From NCBI GenBank assembly GCA_963745875.1, contig CAVUZL010000008.1, positions 20,427 through 84,426 on the forward strand: a DNA stretch of 64,000 bases, given 5' to 3'. Shown one piece after another: positions 27,210-36,074 of the stretch; positions within the stretch are counted from its first letter, which is position 1; each line of letters starts with the position of its first letter. Both the position numbers and the translations under genes were made by a program. The DNA comes from an uncultured Acidobacteriota bacterium. GTDB taxonomy: Bacteria > Acidobacteriota > Vicinamibacteria > Vicinamibacterales > CAVVIG01. The notes below the pieces were generated by a model. That model saw only the letters and a program-made list of their open reading frames with translations, had not been told where the DNA came from and did no database searches.

Positions 27210-28358
27210 ATGCACTCGACAACCTCTGGCGTGGCGCGCGCGTCCCGGGCGCGGGAACGGTTCCTGGCCGTCGTGCTCTGCGTGGCCGGTCTCGCTCTCG
27301 TGGCAGGTCGCGCGCAGGTGTACTCGGCGGAAAAGCCCAGGGTCTCGGCCGGCAACGGCACGCTGATCATCGGGTCGTATCCGAAGCAGTACTGGATCAT
27401 CGACGAGGCCACCGAGAAGGTGGTCGGGTCGATTCCGTATCAGTCCGGGATTCCCCGCCGGACCACGCTGTCACGCGACCGGAAACGGTTCTACACGGTC
27501 GAAGCCGCGATGGAGAAGATCGAGATCATCGACCTCGCCTCGCGCAAGACCATCGACACCTTCACGCTGAGCGAGGGCAACAAGAAGGTCCGCATCCGCA
27601 GCCTCGAGCCCGATCCGCAGCACCGTTTCCTGGTGATGGTGATCGCGCCGGCCACCAAGCTGATCGACCGTTTCGAGATCGGCACGCCGTCGCTGATTCA
27701 GTACGACCTCAAGGATCACAAGATTGTCCGGACCATTCCGTGGCCGAACGGCGAAGAGCGTCAGAACGCCAATATCCTGTTCTCGCCTGATGGCGGGCTG
27801 ATGTACCTGTTCAGCGACCAGGACGTGCTGATCTACGAGACCAAGGCGTTCACCCAGGTGGACAAGTGGGAACTGTCGCGGCCAATCGAAGAGGGATTCG
27901 GCCGCCTCGAGTTCGGATCGCGCGACGTCGTGAACGACGAGCCGGGCTTCTACACGACGCTGTTCAACGTGTCCGATCCAGTTCAGCACCGCCGCATGAT
28001 GGGTGTGGGCCGCGTCAACCTCGCCGCCAAGAGCGTGGACTTCTACACGCTGGGGCCATCGAACGGCGTCAGCTTTACGATGGCACCTGGCCGTAAGGTC
28101 GCCTACGGGCTGTTCGAGGATATCGGCCGCTACGAGTTCTGGAAATTCGACCTCGAGCACCACACCTTCGCCGGCCGCACCGAGTTCAAGGGGCGGCCGC
28201 GCATGGGCCTCAAGACCAGTTCGAACGGCAAGGTGCTCTACATCTTCGTCGCCGGCAACACGATCGACCTGTACGACGCGGAGACGTATCAATACCTGCG
28301 GACGATCACGATCGAGGGCGACATGACGACCGACCTGTTCGTCATGCCGCCCGCATGA
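27210..28358 (+). CDS. qhpB: Quinohemoprotein amine dehydrogenase beta subunit (beta-propeller)
   Basis: ATG at 27210 follows GAGGACGG. The signal peptide is 'FLAVVLCVAGLALVAGRAQV'. Repeated beta-blade-like segments follow. It sits directly after qhpC, as in known qhp operons. Confidence 0.85.
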   Translation: MHSTTSGVARASRARERFLAVVLCVAGLALVAGRAQVYSAEKPRVSAGNGTLIIGSYPKQYWIIDEATEKVVGSIPYQSGIPRRTTLSRDRKRFYTVEAAMEKIEIIDLASRKTIDTFTLSEGNKKVRIRSLEPDPQHRFLVMVIAPATKLIDRFEIGTPSLIQYDLKDHKIVRTIPWPNGEERQNANILFSPDGGLMYLFSDQDVLIYETKAFTQVDKWELSRPIEEGFGRLEFGSRDVVNDEPGFYTTLFNVSDPVQHRRMMGVGRVNLAAKSVDFYTLGPSNGVSFTMAPGRKVAYGLFEDIGRYEFWKFDLEHHTFAGRTEFKGRPRMGLKTSSNGKVLYIFVAGNTIDLYDAETYQYLRTITIEGDMTTDLFVMPPA

Positions 28359-30017
28359 TCGATCGCGATCTGCGCCGGGCGCTTGCCTTCATCGTTCCCT
28401 ACTGGCGGCGCCTCGTGCTGGTGCTGCTGCTCAGCGCGCTCAGCACCGCGCTCTCGCTCTACCTGCCGCTGCTCTCGCGCGACTTCTTCGATCACGCGCT
28501 GATCGGCCGGGACCTGCGCACGCTGATCCGCGTCGCCGCTGCTGTTCACCGGCATCGGCGCCGCCAGCTTCGCCGTCAACGTGCTGAGCGGACTGCGCTA
28601 CACGCGGGTCTCAGCCGACATCCTGTTCGACATGCGGCTGCAGATGTACCGCCACCTGCAGCAGTTGTCGCCGCGGTTCTACGCCAGGACGCGCCTTGGC
28701 GACGTGATGTCGCGCATCAACAACGACATCGGCGAGATTCAGCGCATCGCTGCGGAAACCGCACTGGCCTGGGTCGGCAATGTGTTGTTCCTGTGCGGAA
28801 CCACCGCGATGCTGGCGTGGCTGGACATGCGGCTGTTCCTGGTGACAATCGCCACGGCGCCGCTCGGGATCTGGCTGCTGGCGCGATATCGCACAAAACT
28901 CGAGGCCGAGATCGCCACGCTGCGTCAGCGGAGCGCGGACATCGGCAGCTTTCTGATCGAAACGCTCCAGGCGGTCAAGCTGGTGGTTGCGTCGAATGCG
29001 CAGGAACGCGAAGTCGCGAGATTCCACGAGCGTAACTCGTCCTTCGTCAGGGCGCTGATGTCGATGCAGCGGTTGACCTACTTGTCCGGCGGCTTGCCCG
29101 GCCTCGTCCTGTCCGCCGGCACGGGTCTGGTGTTCGTCTACGGCGGCTACCGCGTGATCCGCGGCGAGATCACGGTCGGCACGTTCGTCGCGTTCATGGC
29201 GTACCAGATGCGTTTCCTCCCGCCACTGCAGGCGCTGATGGGGATGTACGCCAATCTGGCGACCGTGCGCGTGTCGTTGCGGCGCGTGTCGCAGATTCTC
29301 GACGAGCCGGTCGAAATTCAGGAGTCGGTCGCGGCGGTGGCGCTGCCGTACGTCCGCGGGGACGTTGCGTTCGAGAACGTGACGCTTTCGTTCGATCGCG
29401 GCGCACCGGCGCTTCAGGATGTGTCGTTCAGCGTCCGCGCCGGCGAGGTGCTGGCGATTGTCGGCCGCAGCGGCAGCGGCAAATCGACGATCGCTGACCT
29501 GCTGCTCCGCCTGCTCGATCCGGATCGCGGCGCCGTACGCATCGACGGCCACGACCTCCGCGGCGTCCGGCTCGCCGATCTGCGGCGTCACGTCGCGCTG
29601 GTCGAACAGGAACCGTGCATGCTGCACGCGACCATCGCCGAGAACATCCGCTACGCGCGGCCGGATGCCGGCGACGCCGATGTCGCCGCCGCCGCGCACA
29701 TGGCCGCCCTCGACGACTTCATCGCGCGCCTGCCCGACAAGCTCGCGACGGTGGTCGGCGAGCGCGGCATGGCGCTGTCCGCAGGCGAACGTCAGCGCAT
29801 CGCGGTCGCCCGGGCCTTCCTGGCCGACCCGTCGATCCTGATTCTCGACGAGCCGAGCGCGGCCCTCGATCCCGACTCCGAACGACAAGTCGCTGAAGGC
29901 TACGAAGCGGTGATGCGCGGACGCACCACCATCGTCATCACCCATCGTCTCGAGCTGGCGCGCCGTGCGGACCGCGTGCTCGAGATGGACGAGGCACGGC
30001 TGCTCCATGGCGCTTGA
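28355..30017 (+). CDS. qhpF: ABC transporter (fused permease and ATPase) QhpF; frame broken near 28539
   Basis: The N-terminus 'MIDRDLRRALAFIVPYWRRLVLVLLLSAL...LIRVA' continues in the +1 frame as 'LLFTGIGAASFAVNVLSGLRYTRVSADILFDMR'. Walker A is 'GRSGSGKST', the ABC signature is 'LSAGERQR' and Walker B is 'ILILDEP'. Confidence 0.85.
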
Positions 30018-30172
30018 CGTTTTGGGTCCTTGGGGCCTGGCGCCTGGTTCTTGGTCCGTCCATGGTCCGATGTCCTCAGTCCGAATCCGACGTCGCGGCG
30101 AGACAAGGACGACGGACCAAGGACTAAGCACGGACCAAGAACGAAGGCCCAAGAACTAAGGACGGGCGACGA
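30018..30172. repeat. Heptad-periodic imperfect palindrome (TGGTCC-type left arm, GGACCAA-type right arm)
   Basis: It fills the qhpF-qhpE gap. The left arm is built from units such as ttggggcc/tggcgcc/ttggtcc/gatgtcc/tcagtcc and the right arm from aaggac/ggaccaa/gaacgaa/gaactaa. gttcttggtccgt (30048-30060) is exactly complementary to acggaccaagaac (30131-30143). Confidence 0.8.
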
Positions 30173-30184
30173 TACCCTATCAAT

Positions 30185-30895
30185 ATGACATCGTCCCCGA
30201 CCGGCCGCGGCGTCCGGATCGCCGTGATCGACAGCGGCGTGCATGCTGCGCATCCGCACGTCGGTGGGGTGGCGGGAGGCATCGCGATCGTCGAGGACGG
30301 CCGTGAGCACGACGACTATGTCGATCGACTGGGCCACGGCACCGCCGTGGTTGCGGCGATCAAAGAAAAGGCGCCCGACGCTGAGATCTACGCGGTCCGG
30401 GTTTTCGATCGGTCGCTGTCAACACGGTTGGCCACGCTGATCGCCGCGATCGACTGGTCTGCGCGTCACGGCATGCACCTCGTCAACCTGAGCCTGGGAA
30501 CGTCGCGGGCGGAGCACGAATCTGCGCTGCTCGCTGCCGTGCAGCGCGCTGCGGCGAGCGGAACCGTAATCGTCGCTGCCGCGGAGGACGATGGTGTGCG
30601 GTGGTTGCCGGGCAGTCTGCCGGGTGTGATTGCGGTGAGAATGGACGCGACTTGTCCGCGGCACGAATATCGCGTCAAGGAAATCGCCGGGGGCACGGTG
30701 TTTCAGGCGTCCCCGTTTCCGCGCGAGATTCCCGGTGTGTCGCCGGAGCGAAACCTTAATGGCGTCAGCTTCGCGGTGGCGAACATGACCGGCTTTGCGG
30801 CCCGGGTCCGTGAAAACGCGGCTGACGGATCGATCGACGAAATCGTCCGACTGCTACTCGGTGGTCATCAACGCGCCGACGCGTTGCGGAGGTAG
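30185..30895 (+). CDS. qhpE: Subtilisin-like serine peptidase QhpE (removes the QhpC leader)
   Basis: 236 aa with the S8 triad context 'IAVIDSGV' (Asp), 'LGHGTAV' (His) and 'NGVSFAVANMTG' (Ser). The small size and the position in the qhp cluster fit QhpE. Confidence 0.85.
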   Translation: MTSSPTGRGVRIAVIDSGVHAAHPHVGGVAGGIAIVEDGREHDDYVDRLGHGTAVVAAIKEKAPDAEIYAVRVFDRSLSTRLATLIAAIDWSARHGMHLVNLSLGTSRAEHESALLAAVQRAAASGTVIVAAAEDDGVRWLPGSLPGVIAVRMDATCPRHEYRVKEIAGGTVFQASPFPREIPGVSPERNLNGVSFAVANMTGFAARVRENAADGSIDEIVRLLLGGHQRADALRR

Positions 30896-31722
30896 ACCTT
30901 CACGATTTCATAGACGAATTGCTGGCAGGCCTCGCCTGACTTCGGGTCGTAGGCGTCACCGTTGGTGATGTTGTTCGACACCACGCGAATGCCGAGAAAC
31001 GGCACCTGAAACAGCGCGGCGATCTGCGCGGCCGATGCGGTTTCCATTTCCTCGGCCGTCGTGCCGAACTGTTCGTGCAGTCGCTGAATTCGGTCGAGCT
31101 CGCTGTTCCAGACCTCGCTCGAGGCGATCACACCGTCCACCACGCGGCCTTTGCGGTAGCTGTCTGTCGCCGCTCTCGCCGCCGACAGCAGACCCTCGTC
31201 GCCGCGAAAACGCCGCATCGTCCGGGCGTTCGGATCCTGACCGGCGCTGCCATCGCTCCGATTCAAGTCGAGCGGCACCCACTCGGCGAACTGACTGCCC
31301 TGCCCGAGGCCACGGTTACCGGTTTTGAACGAGCCGATGTTGACCGACTCGATGCCGAGCACGATGTCGTTGACATGGAGGTCGGGCTGATGGCCCCCGG
31401 CGGTGCCCTGGTTGATGATCGCCCGGGGATGATAGCGGTCGATGGCCAGCGCGGTGGCCGCGGCGGCGTTTTCCATGCCTTTGAGCGTCTTCGAGATGAC
31501 AACAGCATGACCGTCGATGGTGCCGCGCCAGAACGTCCAGCCGCCGATGGTTTCCTCAGTCGCGCGTTCGAGTCTTCCCGCCAGTTGACGGATTTCGACA
31601 TCCATCGCGCCCTGCACCACGACAGGACGTTCCGGATTGCCCTGAGCGCACGCGCCGGTCAGCGCCCCGATCGCACAGATCGTCGCCGTCAGAAACAAGA
31701 GAGTCGATCGTTTGGTGATCAT
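30868..31722 (-). CDS. Secreted nucleoside phosphorylase-family protein (MTA/SAH nucleosidase-like)
   Basis: The likely start is ATG 31722, giving the signal peptide 'MITKRSTLLFLTATICAIGALTGACAQG'. 'IINQGTAGG' and 'TTAEEMETASAAQIA' resemble the PNP_UDP_1 / MtnN motifs. Confidence 0.8.
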   Translation of the reverse strand: MITKRSTLLFLTATICAIGALTGACAQGNPERPVVVQGAMDVEIRQLAGRLERATEETIGGWTFWRGTIDGHAVVISKTLKGMENAAAATALAIDRYHPRAIINQGTAGGHQPDLHVNDIVLGIESVNIGSFKTGNRGLGQGSQFAEWVPLDLNRSDGSAGQDPNARTMRRFRGDEGLLSAARAATDSYRKGRVVDGVIASSEVWNSELDRIQRLHEQFGTTAEEMETASAAQIAALFQVPFLGIRVVSNNITNGDAYDPKSGEACQQFVYEIVKVYLRNASAR

Positions 31723-31759
31723 GCGAGCGAACGCGGATGGTAGCATGCGCGAATCCTCC

Positions 31760-33040
31760 ATGAACCCACTCGACGAAAAGCGCGCGCTGTACGCGGACGT
31801 GATCGGCGGTGTCACCACATTCTTCACGATGGCCTACATCGTTGTCGTGAATCCGGGGATTCTCTCGACGCCGGGGACCGGCGTGCCCTTTTCCGGCGCG
31901 CTCACCGCGACCGTTCTAATCGCCGCGAGCATGACGCTGCTGATGGGCCTCTACGCGAAGCTGCCATTTGCGGTGGCGCCGGGCATGGGCCTCAACGCGT
32001 TCTTCGCGTTCACCATCGTCCTGCAGAACAAAGTGCCCTGGCAGACCGCGCTCGGCATCGTCTTCTGGGCCGGCGTGCTGTTCGTGATCGTGTCGGCCAC
32101 GCCGCTGCGCGAGCGCATCGCCCTCGCTATTCCGCCGGCGCTCCGATCCGCGGCCGCGGCCGGCATTGGACTGCTGCTGACTTTCATCGGCCTGCGCAAC
32201 ACCGGCCTGATCGTTGCGGACCCGGCGACGATCGTCCGGATGGGGACGCTCGATCATCGCGCCGCATTCCTGCTGGTCGGAATCATGATTGCCGCGGTCC
32301 TGATGCGGCGAAACAACCCGTTGGCGTTTCTCGCCGCCATCTTCTCGGTGACCGCCATCGCCTGGACGCTGGGTTACGCGAAACCGCCAGAACAGCTGGT
32401 GAGCGCTCCCGATTTCTCGTCTGCCTTTCTGAAACTGGACATTCGCGGCGCACTCAGTCTGACGCTGCTGCCGGCGATGTTCGCGATTCTCTTCACCGAC
32501 CTGTTCGATTCGCTGTCCACCTTTATCGGCGTCGCCAGCGCCGCAGGCCTGACCGACCCCGACGGCCGGCCGATCAACCTGCGCCGCGGCCTGATCGTCG
32601 ATGCGATCGCCACGATGACGTCGGGGCTCGCCGGCACGTCGCCCGGAACGGCGTACGTCGAAAGCATCGCCGGTATCCGCATGGGCGCTCGAACCGGACG
32701 CGCGTCAGTCGTGACGGCGCTTTGTTTTGTGCCCTGTTTTTTTCTGGCGCCGCTGGCCGCCGCCGTCCCCGCCTATGCGACCGCGGCAGTGCTGGTCCTG
32801 GTCGGCGTGTCGATGTTCCAGTCCATCGCAACCATCGACTTCACGTCGATTGAGGACGCGCTGCCGGCATTCGTGACGGTGGTGCTGATCCCGCTCACGC
32901 TCTCAATTACGCAGGGCATCCTCTGGGGATTTCTGTTGCACAGCTTGCTCTACGCGGTTTCTGGTCGATGGCGGGAGGTCAGCCCGACGTTGTGGGCGCT
33001 GTCGGTTCTTTCCGCGGGACTGCTGCTGCTCGGTCACTAG
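31760..33040 (+). CDS. NCS2-family purine permease (AzgA-like adenine/guanine/hypoxanthine transporter)
   Basis: Multi-TM protein. 'GGVTTFFTMAYIVVVNPGIL' and 'GTSPGTAYVESIAGI' are AzgA-type signatures. The likely ATG is 31760; the tracked start is 31712. Confidence 0.9.
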   Translation: MNPLDEKRALYADVIGGVTTFFTMAYIVVVNPGILSTPGTGVPFSGALTATVLIAASMTLLMGLYAKLPFAVAPGMGLNAFFAFTIVLQNKVPWQTALGIVFWAGVLFVIVSATPLRERIALAIPPALRSAAAAGIGLLLTFIGLRNTGLIVADPATIVRMGTLDHRAAFLLVGIMIAAVLMRRNNPLAFLAAIFSVTAIAWTLGYAKPPEQLVSAPDFSSAFLKLDIRGALSLTLLPAMFAILFTDLFDSLSTFIGVASAAGLTDPDGRPINLRRGLIVDAIATMTSGLAGTSPGTAYVESIAGIRMGARTGRASVVTALCFVPCFFLAPLAAAVPAYATAAVLVLVGVSMFQSIATIDFTSIEDALPAFVTVVLIPLTLSITQGILWGFLLHSLLYAVSGRWREVSPTLWALSVLSAGLLLLGH

Positions 33041-33058
33041 CGCCGTTTTCTGAACGAC

Positions 33059-33142
33059 GTAGCGCGGGCCTTTCAGGCCCGCCTCTCACGCGACCCTGAA
33101 AGGGTCGCGCTACACTTCGCGTCGTCCGCCTGAAGGCGACAC
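33059..33142. repeat. REP-like cluster of three GC-rich hairpins with TGAAA/TTTCA loops, flanked by GTAGCGCG/CGCGCTAC
   Basis: The hairpins are gcgggcc-tttca-ggcccgc (33064-33082), cgcgaccc-tgaaa-gggtcgcg (33089-33109) and an imperfect gtcgtccgcc-tgaa-ggcgac (33121-33140). An outer inverted pair lies at 33059-33066 and 33106-33113. The cluster lies between convergent genes. Confidence 0.75.
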
Positions 33143-33158
33143 TACAGACCTGTTGAAA

Positions 33159-34133
33159 CTAGAACATCGTCGCAATTCGCCGTCGATCGTCTTCTGACAG
33201 ACGAATCGTCGTCGATGCGAGAGCCGATTCGAGGTGCGCGATGGTCCTCGGACCAATAATCGCTGCGTCGACGCGCGGATGATGAAGGACCCACGCCATC
33301 GCGAGGGACCCCATCTCAACGCCTCGATCCCGTGCTTCTTCGCCCAGCGACGCCAGACCGCGAAACACAGCGTCACGCTCCAGATCGCGATAAGGCTCCG
33401 GACGCAGCGTCATCCGTGATCCTGCCGGATACTCGCCGGCCGCGCGATACTTTCCGGTCAGCCAGCCGCCGGCCAGCGGACTGAAAGCCGTGAAGCCCGT
33501 CCCGACATCAGCGCAGAGCGGAAACATCTCGCGCTCGGCAGTGCGGTCGAGCAGGCTGAACGAATTCTGCACCCACTCGAAACGACTGAGATTGTTCGTC
33601 TCGCTGATCGCGAGTCCGCGCGCCAGCCGCCACGCCTCGATATTGCTGGCGCCGGTGTACAACACCTTTCCGGCCCGCACGACATCGTCGAGCGCACGCA
33701 GCGTCTCGTCGAGCGGCGTTTCCGGGTCTGGCTCGTGAATGAGATACATGTCGAGTCGATCGGTCTGCAGACGGGTCAGGCTCGCGTCCACCTGTTGCAG
33801 GATGTGCCGCCGCGACAGCCCTCGATCGTTTGGTCCCGGTCCGACCGGATTGAACACCTTGGAGCTAAGCAGCAACTGTTGCCGCGCCGCCGGGCCCTTT
33901 GCCTTCAGCCACCGTCCAATCCACGTCTCGCTGCGGCCGCCGCCGTACGCGTTCGCGGTGTCGAAGAAATTGATACCGGCGTCGAACGCGCGATCCATCA
34001 GCGCCGACGCCTGCTCTTCGGTCTCGCCCATGCCGAAGAACTCGGGCGCCGATCCGATGCCGCCGAAGTTGCCGCAGCCGAGTCCGAGACGGGAAATTCG
34101 CAGACCCGTCGATCCCAATCGCCGATAGTCCAT
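33159..34133 (-). CDS. Aldo/keto reductase
   Basis: Intact 324-aa ORF. 'MDYRRLGSTGLRISRLGLGCGNFGG' and 'INFFDTANAYGGGRSE' are AKR signatures. Confidence 0.92.
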   Translation of the reverse strand: MDYRRLGSTGLRISRLGLGCGNFGGIGSAPEFFGMGETEEQASALMDRAFDAGINFFDTANAYGGGRSETWIGRWLKAKGPAARQQLLLSSKVFNPVGPGPNDRGLSRRHILQQVDASLTRLQTDRLDMYLIHEPDPETPLDETLRALDDVVRAGKVLYTGASNIEAWRLARGLAISETNNLSRFEWVQNSFSLLDRTAEREMFPLCADVGTGFTAFSPLAGGWLTGKYRAAGEYPAGSRMTLRPEPYRDLERDAVFRGLASLGEEARDRGVEMGSLAMAWVLHHPRVDAAIIGPRTIAHLESALASTTIRLSEDDRRRIATMF

Positions 34134-34184
34134 ACGCGGTAGAGACTACTCGATGTAGCATGACCCGCTGACGGAGGACGGAAC

Positions 34185-34757
34185 ATGCGTTGGGTTGTAA
34201 TGGTCGCCGCGCTGCTGGCGGCTTCACCGGTGCTCGAGAACGCGCACGTACGGGCCTATCGGATCACCGACGGCACGCTCGGCGGTGTCGCTCATGGCCC
34301 TGGCGTCGTGATTGCGATCGCCGATGCGCCCGGCATCAAAGCCGGAACCGCCGTTTGGGCCGACGATGCCGCGCTTCCGTCGAAGCTTGGACCCAAACAT
34401 GGCGCCATCGTCATCATCGAACCGCTGCGCGTCAAACAGACGACGCCGGCGACTGGCTCGAAGCCGGGCGAGGCGCCGTTCACGGGCATGAGCTTCAAGC
34501 CAATCTTCGAAAACGACAGGGTATCGGTCATACGCGCGCGGATGGAGATCGGTGCCACAGAAGGGTTTCACACGCACGGCTCCGACACCATCGTCGTGCA
34601 CCTGTCGGGCGGTGAGATCGAGGACACCGCCGATGGCAAGACCGTCGTGAACCGGTGGAAGCCCGGCGACGTCGAGTTCGAGTCATTCGGCTCGAGCCAT
34701 TCGGCGCGAAACGTCGGCGCCGCTGTCGACGTGGTGCTGGTCTCGCTCAAGCCGTAG
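34185..34757 (+). CDS. Secreted cupin-domain protein
   Basis: 190 aa with a signal-like N-terminus 'MRWVVMVAALLAASPVLE'. The cupin motif is 'GFHTHGSDTIVVHLSGGEIE...HSARNVG'. Confidence 0.7.
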   Translation: MRWVVMVAALLAASPVLENAHVRAYRITDGTLGGVAHGPGVVIAIADAPGIKAGTAVWADDAALPSKLGPKHGAIVIIEPLRVKQTTPATGSKPGEAPFTGMSFKPIFENDRVSVIRARMEIGATEGFHTHGSDTIVVHLSGGEIEDTADGKTVVNRWKPGDVEFESFGSSHSARNVGAAVDVVLVSLKP

Positions 34758-34761
34758 CCTG

Positions 34762-36066
34762 GTGACCTCTCCGCAGCGCGGCCTCATCCGTCTCCTCGGC
34801 GTCGGCTTCGGACTGGCGGTCATCGTCGGCAGCACGCTCGGAGTCGGCATCCTCCGGACACCAGGACTCGTCGCCGGACAACTGTCGAATTCCACGACGA
34901 TTCTCGCGGTCTGGATCGTCGGCGGACTGTATACGCTGGTCGGCGCGGTCTGCCTGGCCGAACTGGGGACGATGCTGCCGGAGGCGGGCGGCTACTACGT
35001 GTATGCGCGCCGGGCTTTCGGGGAGGCGGTCGGATTCGGCGTCGGCTGGACCGACTGGCTGACCTACTGCTCGGTGCTCGGGTACGTGTCGATCGCGATT
35101 GGTGAGTTCAGCGCGCTGTTGGTGCCCTCGCTCGCCGGTTACGAAAAGCTGATCGCGCTGCTGGCGCTCGCTTCGCTGGCAGCATTGCAGTTGGCGGGGC
35201 TTCGCGTCAGCAGCCGCTTCCAGGAAGTGACGACTGTCCTGAAATGCGGCGCCTTTCTGATCCTCATCGTCGCAGCGATCGCTTTCGCGCCGGAACTCCC
35301 GGCGTCTGGCGGCGTGGTACCGAGGTCGTCGCTGTCGGGACTGATCGTCGCGCTGCAATCGGTCGTGATTGCCTATGGCGGGTGGCAGTCGGCGTTGTAT
35401 TTTTCGGAGGAAGACCGCGACCCCGGCCGCAATATTCCGCGATCCATGATTGGCGGCGTCGTTGCGGTGATCGTCGTTTACCTGCTGGTCAACATCGCGC
35501 TGCTGCGGGTGATGCCGCTCGCCGACCTGGCGCGCTCGACCCTTCCAGCGGCCGACGCCGCGCAGATCCTGATGGGAGGCCGTGGACGCCAGATCATCAC
35601 GATCCTGTCGATCGTCTCGCTGCCGCCGATGATGAACGCCATCCTGATGATCGGGACCAGAATCCTGTTCGCGATGGGGCGGGACGGATTGTTATGGCGG
35701 CGCGCCGCATTCGTCACGACCGGCGGCACGCCAGCAGTGGCTATGCTCACGACGACGGCGGTGGCGCTCGCACTCGTCGCGACCGGTACCTTCCAGCGAC
35801 TGGTGGCGGTCGCCGCCTTCTTCCTCGCGGCGAACTACGTCGTCTGCTGCCTGGCGCTGATCGTCTTGCGTCGCAGGGAACCGAATTGCGAACGGCCGTT
35901 TCGAGCGTGGGGCTACCCGTGGTCTGCTGTACTGGTGCTCGTCGGCGCAACGGTATTCCTGGCCGGTGCTACCGTCGGCGATACCGTCAACGCGTTTGGC
36001 GCCGTGCTTCTGGTCGCGCTCGGCTTGGTGATTCGCGCAGGATCGGCAGTTTTCAGACCGACGTAG
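34762..36066 (+). CDS. APC-superfamily amino acid permease
   Basis: 434 aa with a GTG start and about 12 hydrophobic segments. 'GVGILRTPGLVAGQL' and 'AELGTMLPEAGGYYVYARRAFG' are typical of amino acid/polyamine permeases. Confidence 0.9.
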   Translation: MTSPQRGLIRLLGVGFGLAVIVGSTLGVGILRTPGLVAGQLSNSTTILAVWIVGGLYTLVGAVCLAELGTMLPEAGGYYVYARRAFGEAVGFGVGWTDWLTYCSVLGYVSIAIGEFSALLVPSLAGYEKLIALLALASLAALQLAGLRVSSRFQEVTTVLKCGAFLILIVAAIAFAPELPASGGVVPRSSLSGLIVALQSVVIAYGGWQSALYFSEEDRDPGRNIPRSMIGGVVAVIVVYLLVNIALLRVMPLADLARSTLPAADAAQILMGGRGRQIITILSIVSLPPMMNAILMIGTRILFAMGRDGLLWRRAAFVTTGGTPAVAMLTTTAVALALVATGTFQRLVAVAAFFLAANYVVCCLALIVLRRREPNCERPFRAWGYPWSAVLVLVGATVFLAGATVGDTVNAFGAVLLVALGLVIRAGSAVFRPT

Positions 36067-36074
36067 CGCGACCG

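Noticed and set aside
28611-30152. 513-aa minus-strand ORF
   Set aside because: It is antisense to qhpF, which has Walker A, Walker B and ABC signature motifs. The composition is junk-like.
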